Assembly: GCA_977017575.1 (NCBI GenBank)
Contig: CDRNVI010000059.1
Span: 186,001 to 250,000, forward strand
Source: Paramoeba atlantica
Taxonomy: Eukaryota; Protista; Discosea
Direction of reading: 5' to 3'
DNA: 64,000 nt
Shown here: positions 1 through 9,769 of the stretch, piece after piece
Numbering within the stretch: the first letter of the stretch is position 1
Layout: each line of letters opens with the position of its first letter
Position numbers and translations under genes: made by a program
Notes under the pieces: generated by a model
Told to the model about the DNA's origin: nothing
Database searches by the model: none
What the model saw: only the letters and a program-made list of their open reading frames with translations

Positions 1-168
1 GGAGAGGTAGGTTCAAGAGAAAGATTGCGCAAAACTTAATTTGCGTACACCTGAACACACGTGAAGCCCCGAAAAAGGTTTGGCTAACATACACTGCATA
101 TAAGCAATACTGAAGGAAATCCTAGAGAACCATACAAAAACGAAAGAGGGGGCGTATATTATTTACAG

Positions 169-446
169 CTATTCTAGGAAGGTGGTTCCTTCAAATACCA
201 TGCGGATGTCTTGCAGGATACGGCAATTGCGCGAGGCTCCATTTCGGCCAAGACACCCATTCACGAGTTCCCCGTAAAATTTCATGTGCGCCTCTCGGTT
301 TGTTTCGTTCGAGTCGGTAGTGCCGCCACGAAATCTTATTTCGTCCTTTGACTTAGTGTTAGCCGACTCAATCGTATTAGTGTGAGCCCCTGTTGCTGAT
401 ACCCACTCCTTCGGAAGGAGTCCTTCCTCTAGTTTACACGTTCATG
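169..446 (-). pseudogene. Merlin/IS1595 (ISXO2-like) transposase C-terminal fragment
   Basis: Manual minus-strand translation gives HERVN, a frameshift, then KEWVSATGAHTNTIES. This matches the family motif HxxVNHxxxFVxxxTGxHTNTIES. Stop at 169-171. Confidence 0.65.
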
Positions 447-502
447 GCGTAACTACTTGCTCAAACATACGTATGCTAGCTACGTACGTATGCTAACAGT
501 AA

Positions 503-1681
503 GACTCAGAGAGAAAACTGAAGGATCTCCCCAGGCAATGCGCCCTACCCCTCCTGCGGCTATGCGGCAGCCCGCGCTGGAATTATATGGTGCGGACGCA
601 CGAACCCCCGGTCACCAAGATGGCCAATAAACAAATTGACTGTGCCATCAAGGCGTGCTCTGAAGCCTTACTCGGAGGGATGGACCCCCTTGGAAAGTCG
701 CCGTTCTCAAATCCCCTTTTTACGGCGGACTTCCTAGGAACCATTCCTTTCGAGCACAAAGGTGAGGACATGCAGGGAAAAGTCAAAAACGCCCTCTAAA
801 GACTCACTCAGGGTACGCCAGCCAAGGAGCTGAGACGCAGCTTCTGTGAGGCGGCCATCCAGAAGGCCCCCTCGGCCACGCATTTGGTCTGTATGAGACA
901 GATTCAAAACATCCACTCTACCAAATAGATGAATGCGTGGCCGAACAGGCCGGAATACTACATGCGGGACCCCGAGTGGGAAACAGCGGCCCGCCTTCGG
1001 TACTTGGTCTCCCCGACCTCCGAACCTGAACTACAGTGCGTGTGCGGCGCCACCCTCAGGAACGAGGATTTTTGCGTCCACGCGCTGGACTGCAAGAAGG
1101 TCAGGGGCAAGACCCAAGCCTCCCGACATAAAGTAGTTAAGGAAACCTTCCGAAACCTCCTAAACAACTATGGTTTCTCTCCAGACCTTTGCGAACCCAG
1201 GTTCGACAACGGTCGAGGTCCTGACATATGCTTCCAACTGGGCCGGAAGCTCGCCCTTGTGGACGTCACCGTGGTCAACCCACTGGCCCCGTCTTACGTA
1301 GACAAGGAGGCCACCCATCCCTCTTATACACTGAGGATGGCGGAAGGCAACAAGCGCCGCGCCCATGACGAGATGGCGGCCGCCAGAGGGATGGATTTTT
1401 TCCCCCTGGCCTTCACCACCTATGGGGTGCCTGGCCCAGAGACCCTCAATTTTCTCAAAAGGGTGGCCAGAGCACACACGTCCGACAGGGCCGGATGTCT
1501 CTCTCACCTTCTGATGGCTATGGGAGTAGCCATCCTGAAGGGCAATGCCCAGATAGTGCATCGGCGGTACAGGATTGGTACCGTCGCGGGGTGCGTTAAC
1601 TGGGGTAGGAGCGGGGGTGAATGTGTTTCTATATTTTTTTTTCTACCTATATATAGATTATGTAAACTAATATGCGTATAA
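503..1681 (+). mobile_element. 5'-truncated CRE/SLACS-clade non-LTR retrotransposon relic (post-RT region, zinc knuckle, restriction-like endonuclease)
   Basis: One frame from 503 reads LLRLCGSPRWNYMVRTH ... CVCG...HALDC...RHKVV ... GPDICF...LVDVTV ... AILKGNAQIV. Two in-frame stops (797-799, 926-928) join ORFs 587 and 929. Confidence 0.8.
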
Positions 1682-2133
1682 AACTGATCAGCAATTTTGT
1701 CCCCCTGTACACGGGCATACCTATTTTTCCTCATATTCAATGTATTCTTGTGCTCGAGTTCCGTGATGGGATTTCCTTCCGCAATAGACTCGTTGTGCAT
1801 CAAGTTTGTGGCATTTCCACTATTTTGAGATTGCAGTGTTCTCTGTTAATATGATCATAGAGAAACTTAGCTCTGAGGCAGACACAAAGTCATCACAGAT
1901 TTAGGCAAGTATCTGGTTTCGGCATCAAAATTAATACGCAGAATGAAAACAGAATGGAAGCTAAAATCTCAAATCGAAGTAAAAAAGTATGGGTAATAAA
2001 AAAACGCTAATGGAAGTTTTTTTTTGCACCACTTTGAATCTACACGCTAAGCGGGTGCCTCGGCGTACTATATCTTCATCACGGAAGTAATAATTTAGGC
2101 TCTTCGTTAAAAGCGGTGGTTGTTTTCAACTTA

Positions 2134-3118
2134 GAGGGGTGACTCTGAGTGGGAGCACCTGGGAGCGCCTAAGATATCTTTCGTTAAAATTTTCTTCCTT
2201 AGCTTCTTAATATTTTTTGCTTCAATCGGAAGATATAGAAATCATGTTACTGGAATTGTTATTCTGTAGGACTTAAACGAGGGTTTCGGCATGTAATACA
2301 CGTTAACAATACATTGTGCTTAGAACGGTGACTCTGGGCGGGAGCGCCTAGGCTCCCGCCTAAATTTAGGAATTTTTCCAACTTTTTTTTCGTGAAAAAT
2401 GCGAACTTGGCGGACCCATCCTGCGGATAGCAGGGGGGGTCACCCCCACGTGGGGGTGGAAAATTTGTTCACTTTTTTTTAATATTCGAGGGTACAGCGG
2501 TAATTAAACAACCACTGCAATACACATAACGTTAAGACCGTCCAACCGGTGGGCTTTTCTTGGGCCACTGAGCGGAGCGTTGTAGTATCGGACTGCGTCA
2601 GCGACTCTGCTAATTCACGCGCTAAAACTCCACTACCCCAGATTGTTGGTCTGGGACGGTCCTGGCTCGAGGAACGAAGTTTTTTACGCCTCCACTCCTC
2701 CGGAGATGGGGTAGGATTCGACCAGAGCTTGCATGAGTGCAGTTCCACCTCCATCGAGGTTACAAGGTTGGCACGCGAGAAAAGGTGGTGCTAACAACGT
2801 ACTCCCGGCGATGGACTTGCCACGCCGTCTTACAACCCCGGAACGCGGCTAACGACTCCGCGAATAGGGGTTAAACAGGAAAAGGAATGGACAAATCCCT
2901 GCAACTAGCTGGAAGTCCTTACTTCGGAAAGCTGGGGTCGCCACGCCCCATCACCGACGACACCCCAACGCCGGTCTCCCTTTCTAACTCTTTGTCATGT
3001 TAGCCCAGCATGTTCCATCTAAGGGACATTGAGGATTCCGGACCTCTTTGAGAAAAAATCATTTTACCAAGTCGGATCTCCGTAGAAGTTTACTGGGAGC
3101 GCCTGGGAGTCACCCCTC
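2134..3118. mobile_element. PIF/Harbinger-like non-autonomous element
   Basis: Perfect 12-bp TIR GAGGGGTGACTC (2134-2145 / 3107-3118), TTA duplicated at 2131-2133 and 3119-3121, and subterminal gggagcgcc repeats. The empty site aacttagaagtcac is present in the copy at ~34950-34963 (minus strand). Confidence 0.75.
2500..2920 (-). pseudogene. possible decayed retroviral-type integrase (rve) core inside the PIF-like element
   Basis: Minus-strand fragments across stops and frameshifts: PYSR, KTAWQV, VPTL, LDGGG, PGPSQTN, ADAVRYYN...H. Their order resembles an rve core, but similarity is weak. Confidence 0.3.
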
Positions 3119-3380
3119 TTAGAAGTCACTCGTGCTGCGCGCTTCGTGTTGAAAACTACCTCCGCGTTTAACGAAGAGCATATAAAAGAAAAATTGGCGA
3201 GGGACGCTGAAGAAAACGGAAGGGTTTAAGTTTATGGACCCCCCAAGGGTCCGATTTTTTTTGAAAATTTTTGGACCACCGGAGCCCCTTTTATATATTT
3301 TTCTTCTATTATAAACCCCTCCGCATCAAAAGGGCACCCACCCTTATTTTTCGCATGACGGGGGCTAGGGTATGTTTTTT

Positions 3381-4101
3381 CATGCAGGGCGAGACCTGCA
3401 GAGATATTTAGGCCCAGCAGAGGTAGGCGCAATCAACGCTCCCTGCTGGTCCTTTTCGCCTTCCTCGGCGACACAGGGAAATGCGCGGGATATCTGCCCC
3501 GGGAAGGCGAAGAGAGACGGCCTCATCGGGATAAGATGTCCCAAGATGCTCAGTGAGCGCAATGCGCCAGGGAAGACATACGGATCTATAGGACGCGGAT
3601 GGTATTCCCATCGTACATGCTACAAATGACTTCCATGGTTCATGATACAACATGGTCAGGGCCATGGATGCATGCTGGCAAATGGAGTCATGGTTCATGA
3701 TGCATCATGGGCATCGGGGTCCCACAGAATCCGCCACGGCTGGTGAGCAAGAGAGGTGCATAGAGCATCCTCTAGAACACGCATGCAACGTGTTTGCTCG
3801 CCGTGTGGGAGACTTCCGGTATATGGAAGCCTCCTGCGCGCAGCAGTACCGGTGTCGCGCGATGGGGAAGACACGCCGCGTGGTCCCGTAGTTGGGTCCT
3901 GCAGCGCATGGGGACTCGGAACCATGTTCCGAGCGGGGTGGTGGGAGATGAAGGAAGGGAGGCGCACCCCTACTTTGCGACAAGAGGGACAGTTCCTCTC
4001 CTAGCGCCATCCGGAAACGGGCATTGACATAGTAAAAATATGCCCGTTTCCGGGAGAGAAAAGATGAGCTAGGAAAAAAAACAACAAGGTACAGAAACTG
4101 T
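3381..4101 (-). other. SL-headed inserted segment (putative retrocopy), no intact ORF
   Basis: The minus strand begins with the SL-like 20-mer, then a T9 run and a 14-bp hairpin, then GC-rich sequence. It abuts and truncates a Tc1 fragment at 4101. The left boundary is uncertain (T6 at 3375-3380). Confidence 0.45.
4082..4101 (-). other. spliced-leader 3' end relic ACAGTTTCTGTACCTTGTTG
   Basis: 17/19 identity to the conserved kinetoplastid SL end CAGTTTCTGTACTTTATTG. An identical 20-mer is at 61876-61895. Confidence 0.75.
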
Positions 4102-4495
4102 TATCGCACCACTTTATCGTGCAAAATTTTGAGATCTGTACGTTCCCGTTATCTTTAGCTCATTTCGAAAAATAAAAAAAAGTTGAATTTGTTTCTAATT
4201 TTTTTTCACTTTTCATGCCAAAAAATACGTATCGACTCCCCAGGGGTGGTCTTACAGAAAGTGGAAAAGTGTTATTACGCATGAGGCTTGGCCAAGGGGT
4301 TGCGATAAGGCAACTAGTCCGCGAGTTTAATGTCAATATGAAGCATATTCGAAAATATTTGAAAAAAAATCGCCGGAAAATATTTATTCTCTGAGCCCTG
4401 AAATAAAAAAAGAATCAAAAAACGGAGAAGCCTCGTTAAAGATACTATTGAACCTTTAGACCGAGCGGGGGTTCCCATAAATGGGTCTGCTCGCA
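4101..4495 (+). mobile_element. Tc1-like fragment (subterminal region plus N-terminal HTH), same family as 42747-44081
   Basis: caaaattttgagatctgtacgttccc is shared with ~43975-44000 (inverted). The translation PRGGLTESGKVLLRMRLGQGVAIRQLVREFNVNMKHIRKYL parallels ORF 43695-43904. Confidence 0.7.
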
Positions 4496-6130
4496 AGATT
4501 CAGTATACGAGAAGATGTGTCTTGCTGAAGTGCCGCAGTGTCACTCTCCCTATTCGGGGAAATTTGGTCGTATATGAGTTTGAGATCTCCTTCGCAATTG
4601 TTGCGTGCCATTGTTGTGATTCACAGAACTTCCGTCCGCGATCATGAATTTTAGCTTTAGAAGGCGCTATGCTCACCAAGATTCGCCCGAAGAGTACAAG
4701 TGAACACTTTTCGGATACTGTTTTTCGATCAAAAGAACGATGACTAGGAGGGTAAATTTGAGGTAAGACGTATTCTTCAGGGTCTACGTAAGACGGACAA
4801 CAAAATATGCTCAGACTTTGCTGAGTCGATTCCTGCATCAACGGCAATTCCACCATGTGTAAGTCAACGGCAGCGCAAAGCTTCTCCCGGACTTCGTGGG
4901 CTAAAATTTCAGTGTTGATGCCATCGCTTCAAATTGTTTTCGGAATAGTGTAGCATTTTTGATAACATTGGGTAGAAGGTCGAGGAGGAGATTCTCATAC
5001 TTGAACATGCTAAAAAAGTCGACCAAGTTGAAGAATCCTGGAAATGAGATTCTTTTCTGTCACATTGAAGAACGCGTGGGTCATTGCCTGTGTTTACAAA
5101 TACGCGACTTGTTCCTTGGTAAATGAATTGCAACATCGTAACACTTCCTGTTACGATGACAAAACATTGCAAGTGAATCCCTGTTTTTCTTTACGAACAG
5201 AGATTGTACGCGATTCTCCGCGATCAATGCGCTCCCATGTCCAAGTAGCGTTCGATCTGCCTAATCCCAAGCACACAAAACATTCGCCAGAATTGAATAC
5301 AAACTCTTTATCGCATGTACCTTTGAAGACCTCAAGTTGCGAGAAAAATTACTTAGATGATTCGATTGCTTCGCCTGGAGTCACGGTAGTGGAGTCACGG
5401 TCATAGCATGACGCACGCGTTATTTCTTTTCATCCAATCCTTTGCCCAAGAGGAAGAAAACTTTAGACAACCCCCATTAAAAGTCGTGGATCTAAGTGAA
5501 CAACGCTCTTTGATTCCTCGGGCGACGCTTGCTATAAGTCACTTATAGCATCACTTAAAGCGATGCGTAAATACATACCTTCCGCGTGTAAGTGTGTACG
5601 TACACGTGTAAGTTAGCCACTTACACACTTTTCTTGTAACACTGTTTTTGTTGATGGGAAAGCGATCTCGTGTAAACAGGCGCGGAAACACATAGACGAA
5701 TTCACAACAACAGTGCTGTGTTGCCGCCGTTCCTCGAGTGCCCGGAGCCACTTTCAGCTCGGTCCGGTGGTCATTTCAGCGTGGCAATACCTGGTGCCCA
5801 GAGATTCTTGTCACAGGGAAAATAAACCGAAACCCATCCCCCGTGAACGCGAAAAGTCTCGTCCTGCGCATATCTCTCATCGCCCTCGCGTTGTTCTTGC
5901 TGTGTTGCCGCCCTTCCTCGAGCGCCCGAAACCACTTTCAGCTCGGTCCGGTAGTAATTTCAGCGTGCGCAATACCTGGTGCCCAGAGATCTGTGGCGCA
6001 ACGCGGTTGTCTCCTGAACTCAGGAAGAAGGCTGTCGGAAGCTATGGTGTAGAAGAACGCCTCAAGAGGCGTGCAGTATACTGTAAAGTAATACTGAAAG
6101 TATACGAATAGCACTGCCCCCCGTACCCGG
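4496..6130 (-). pseudogene. decayed pogo-like (DDE_1) transposase
   Basis: Minus-strand fragments: TTGPS*KWFRALEE (Tc5-HTH-like), FVFNSGE...TW...RKEKQGFTCNV, LQFIYQGTS, ESHFQDSSTW. Many stops and frameshifts. Confidence 0.55.
5715..5990. repeat. ~90-bp direct repeat pair
   Basis: gctgtgttgccgcc...ctggtgcccagagat at 5715-5805 and 5899-5990. Confidence 0.85.
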
Positions 6131-6333
6131 TACCAACAAAACAAGGTACAAAACAACTAGGGTAACACTCTTTCCCGTGTCGGAGTAGTAGTATTAGAGG
6201 GCTGAAACCTGGAGGACCCTGTCACTTATCAGGTGGGATCGGTCGGGATCGACGCTTGAGTAGCTTCTTATGATACTGTGTTTTTACAACTTTTTTGGTG
6301 ACCCTTTTTTCTATCACTTTTTATTCTTTTTTG

Positions 6334-6428
6334 GGCTCTTCGTTAAACGTGGTGGTTGTTTCCAACTGAGATGACACCACTGCTGCGCGCTTCGCATTGG
6401 AAACTACCGCCGCGTTTAACGAAGAACC
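6334..6428. mobile_element. 95-bp hairpin mini-element (uninterrupted copy)
   Basis: Arms ggctcttcgttaaacgtggtggttgtttccaa and ttggaaactaccgccgcgtttaacgaagaacc, about 32-bp imperfect inverted repeat. Confidence 0.8.
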
Positions 6429-6650
6429 TAAAAAAAATGGAGAACGATACTAAACCGACAATTATCGTATCTACATTATTCGTTAAGTAGTAATTTACTT
6501 GTTAAACAGAACAGTACGGGCTTTTGGAAGGGGAAAATGGAGAAGAAAAACATGAAAACGTGCACTGAAAAAACACAGAAAATACAAAAAACACAGAAAA
6601 ATAGGGATACTTTGTTCACGTAATTGGTCGAATACTCGCAGGAGAAGAGA

Positions 6651-6944
6651 TCACTCCTGATCATTCACTATATTATGGCGATCACGTGAGACAATGTTGT
6701 TTAAATCTTTCATGCCTTTGTATAACCCTACGCACGATAGAGAAATGACGCGGCCAAAACGTTCTAAAAATCGCTCATGTACGAAAGCGTTTTTGCACTC
6801 GCCTCGCGTATTCTCGAAAAGCCACTCGCGCTCTTCACGGTTTAAGTTTTTCGCAGCCGACTGCATGTTTCTACCAAGTTCGATGGCATTGGCAGTGATG
6901 AAGCGATTTTGGATATCCATAACAGAGCGTTCAAATAATGACAA
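6651..6944 (-). CDS. 97-aa protein with CENP-B/Abp1-N-type HTH, inside a one-ended Tc1/pogo-like element
   Basis: LNREEREWLFENTRGECKNAFVHERFLERFGRVISLSCVG fits the LTxEQRxxL...FxxxFGxxISxSxVS pattern. A TIR-like end TA|CAGTGACGTTAAAAATGTCCCCACG lies at 7096-7122 on the minus strand. Confidence 0.45.
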   Translation of the reverse strand: MSLFERSVMDIQNRFITANAIELGRNMQSAAKNLNREEREWLFENTRGECKNAFVHERFLERFGRVISLSCVGLYKGMKDLNNIVSRDRHNIVNDQE

Positions 6945-7240
6945 AAAACATTTTACTCCGGAAAACCGAAATAATGCCCATTTTTAATTTTAGTAGAAAT
7001 TAATTTTCGTCCCACGAATAATAGCGACATTAAATTTTAGCTCCACTCTAATCGAAAGCGTGCAAACGTGATTCAATCCCACTCTTTTTTTGTAACGTGG
7101 GGACATTTTTAACGTCACTGTAGCAGGTGCCATTCCCCCTAATTCGGTCAGACTCATTATTCCTTGACCTACCTGTATGTTTATCATCATTTCGACTTTT
7201 CTTTCTGAGTAGATGTTTCGTACCGCCCAACCTTCGTGAG

Positions 7241-9769
7241 ATGAGCACCGCGCCGGTACGTCTTGCTTCTCTCACCACCATCCCCGAATTTCGCAAACTA
7301 TGCGGCCTTTCGGTTTACCAAATTCATCGTTACTTAGAAGCCTACAATGTTTTGCATATTCCAGAAGGGTCAGAAAAACCAAGTAAAGCTCAATTCGTCC
7401 CCTTTCGCGTCGCGCGAAACCTTCTACGAGAAATTTCTCCAGGATGTGTTGTGCAATACTACGAACGGGATCGATTTGTAAACCCAAAATTATTCCACGT
7501 GGGACCACAGCGTCCCCCCGTTGCATGTATTGCAGGCCATATCGCGCACGGCAAAACGACTCTACTCGACTCATTGCAGCGTTCTGCTCTTGCCAAATCC
7601 GAATCCGGCCGCATTACACAAACCATACGCGCATTCAATGTTCCTGTTCAACCATTTTCACCCAACCAAGAGCAAGCACCGCTTCTGGGAGCTCAAACAC
7701 CAGCGAACCGACGACTTGCCGGCTGGCTGCCGCCACACCTACAGTCAGTAACTCTCATCGACACGCCTGGTCATCGCGTTTTCTCCGAAATGCGACTCCA
7801 CGGACTTCAAATCGCTGACATCGTGCTTGTTCTCATCGCTCTCGATGAGGGCGTTCGCGGACAAACCACGGAAGTCATCCTTTCCTGCCTCGAGCTTCGC
7901 AAACCCATCGTTTTTGCTTTTAACAAAGCCGACCTTTTCCATGATCCCACCGCGCTCGCATCCCGGCTCAACACCATCGCCTCCGATTTACACCATCTTA
8001 AAATCGATCTCCATCCCATAACCTCATTGTCCTCTCTTTCCCAGTTCCTCAATAATTCTCACCCAACGGGTTCCAACCCCACAAGTTCTAGGAGTACCCA
8101 AATCCCTTCTTCCACCCACCGTTCTCCTGCACTCTGTATCTCCGCACTCCACGGCACCCACCTCCCTCTCCTCCTTCACCTCCTCTCTCATTACGCCTCC
8201 TCCTTCCTTACCCCCTCCTCTTCCTCCCATCCCCCTCCCCGGGGGTCCCTCCGCTATTCCCATCGTAGCTCCTCTACAACTACGAACCCTACGACGAGTA
8301 CGAATACTACAACTGATACTAACCCTACGACGAGTACGAACACTACTACTAACAGTACGACTAGTGCTATCCCTACGACTACTAACGCGACGACTACTAA
8401 CGCGACGACTACTAACGCGACGACTACTAACGCGACGACTACTAACGCGACGATTGCTAGCACTACGACTAGTAACCCTACGACTACTAAACCTACTACG
8501 AGTACTAACACTACAACTAGCACGACTAACACTCCTTCTACGACAAGTACTTGTAGTACGCCCTGTACTTCCAGCAGTAGTCCTACTCCCTGTACGACAA
8601 GTACTAGTCGTCGTACGCCTTATACTACGCGTAGTAGTAGCCATACTCCCTCCACTACCCGCCGCACGAACACGCCTTATACAAGTCGTACCACTCCTCG
8701 CAGTCGTACACCCTATACGACAAGGAGTCGTACGAGTGGTCGTGGGGGTTGTCGTGGTCGTCGTAGTCCTGGTCGTACGCCGTATACTACCAGTAGTAGT
8801 ACGAGTCGTCCTACGCGTACTGCAACGGCTACGACTACCCCTACGACCCAAGCGGTCATCCTCGAGAGCTTCCGCGACCCCGGGACCTCCTCGCTGGTCG
8901 CGAGCACGCTGGTGCGCTCCGGGACCCTTCGCCGCGGGATGTGGTTTCTCGCGGACCGCAACTACGGCCGGGTCGTGGGGCTCACGAACGCGTGGGGGGT
9001 GGGCGTCCCCGAGGGCAGGCCCGGGGTCCCGGTGAACGTGCACGGGCTGCAGCTCAACGGGTGCCCCGGGGTGGGGACCCACGTGCTGGTGGTGGGGACC
9101 CGGGAGGCGACCGCGGACGTGGCACGGTTCCGCGCGATGCTGCTGCTGTTCGTGGAGCGCCACCCCAGGGCGCTGGGGCTGCTGCGGCCGGAGGGGATGA
9201 ACACGGATTTCTTGCATTTGGGAAACTTCGGGCAGCTCGAGCGGGATAACTCGTTGGGGTTTCGGTTGACGCAAAGGGGGGTGGGGGAGCAAGCGGAGGG
9301 GATGGGGAAGGGGGGGGCGGAGGTGCCGTTGGAGGGGGGGGTGGAAGCGGCCCCGCCGGATCACACGGAGGCCCATAAGCATACGCCGCGGAAGCAGTTG
9401 CGGCTGTGCTTGCTCGTGGATACGTGGCACAGTGCGCGTATGATGATGCGGGAGCTTACGCGTCTGTCCTCGGAACACGTACAGGTGGCGTTGCTGACGC
9501 TCTCTGTGGGTCAGCTCACGGAGAGGCAAATCAAGGCCGCGTTGCTGGCGCAAGCGGATATGTTTCTCTGCTACCGTGCAGAGGTTGGGAATGCGAAGGC
9601 AGAGCGTCATGCAAAGGAGCGCAGTTTACCCATTCGTAAGTTTTCCGTGTTTATTGACGTTTTGGAGCTCGTCCGGGGTCTCATTGAGGAACGGGATAAG
9701 GAATGGAAGAGTGAACGTGAGGCGACACATCGCGATGCCTATGCTGCAGCGTTTATCCCCGCCCTGTGA
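7241..9769 (+). CDS. MTIF2: translation initiation factor IF-2, mitochondrial type, with large Thr/Ser-rich insertion
   Basis: G-motifs GHIAHGKTTLLDSL, DTPGH and NKAD, plus the domain II motif GTLRRG...GRV. The first in-frame ATG is 7241 (the ORF track starts at a GTG, 7127). Confidence 0.85.
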   Translation: MSTAPVRLASLTTIPEFRKLCGLSVYQIHRYLEAYNVLHIPEGSEKPSKAQFVPFRVARNLLREISPGCVVQYYERDRFVNPKLFHVGPQRPPVACIAGHIAHGKTTLLDSLQRSALAKSESGRITQTIRAFNVPVQPFSPNQEQAPLLGAQTPANRRLAGWLPPHLQSVTLIDTPGHRVFSEMRLHGLQIADIVLVLIALDEGVRGQTTEVILSCLELRKPIVFAFNKADLFHDPTALASRLNTIASDLHHLKIDLHPITSLSSLSQFLNNSHPTGSNPTSSRSTQIPSSTHRSPALCISALHGTHLPLLLHLLSHYASSFLTPSSSSHPPPRGSLRYSHRSSSTTTNPTTSTNTTTDTNPTTSTNTTTNSTTSAIPTTTNATTTNATTTNATTTNATTTNATIASTTTSNPTTTKPTTSTNTTTSTTNTPSTTSTCSTPCTSSSSPTPCTTSTSRRTPYTTRSSSHTPSTTRRTNTPYTSRTTPRSRTPYTTRSRTSGRGGCRGRRSPGRTPYTTSSSTSRPTRTATATTTPTTQAVILESFRDPGTSSLVASTLVRSGTLRRGMWFLADRNYGRVVGLTNAWGVGVPEGRPGVPVNVHGLQLNGCPGVGTHVLVVGTREATADVARFRAMLLLFVERHPRALGLLRPEGMNTDFLHLGNFGQLERDNSLGFRLTQRGVGEQAEGMGKGGAEVPLEGGVEAAPPDHTEAHKHTPRKQLRLCLLVDTWHSARMMMRELTRLSSEHVQVALLTLSVGQLTERQIKAALLAQADMFLCYRAEVGNAKAERHAKERSLPIRKFSVFIDVLELVRGLIEERDKEWKSEREATHRDAYAAAFIPAL
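8375..8449 (+). repeat. 5 x 15-bp perfect tandem repeat ACGACTACTAACGCG (TTTNA) within IF2
   Basis: Five exact copies counted, embedded in a larger act/acg/agt/cgt low-complexity tract (~8270-8850). Confidence 0.95.

Larger units (their letters stand above)
2098..3180. mobile_element. ~95-bp hairpin mini-element split by a ~985-bp insertion
   Basis: Left arm ggctcttcgttaaaagcggtggttgttttcaac (2098-2130) and right arm ttgaaaactacctccgcgtttaacgaagagc (ends 3179) are inverted repeats. An uninterrupted relative lies at 6334-6428. Confidence 0.75.

Noticed and set aside
1664-1710. aactaa...tataaaa...atcag resembling a full SL exon at the CRE 3' end
   Set aside because: Alignment needs several gaps in AT-rich DNA and lacks the CAGTTTCTGTAC core.
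3616-3715. GHGCMLANGVMVHD resembling an intein/Hint C-terminus
   Set aside because: It lies in a ~55-bp tandem duplication, ends HD rather than HN, and has no N-terminal splicing block or host gene.
8270-8850. CRISPR-like or intronic interpretation of the IF2 repeats
   Set aside because: The repeats are contiguous with no unique spacers, no cas genes are present, the frame is preserved and no convincing GT-AG pair was seen.
8024-9610. 528-aa minus-strand ORF and other overlapping ORFs across IF2
   Set aside because: Shadow frames produced by low-complexity, GC-skewed sequence; no motifs.
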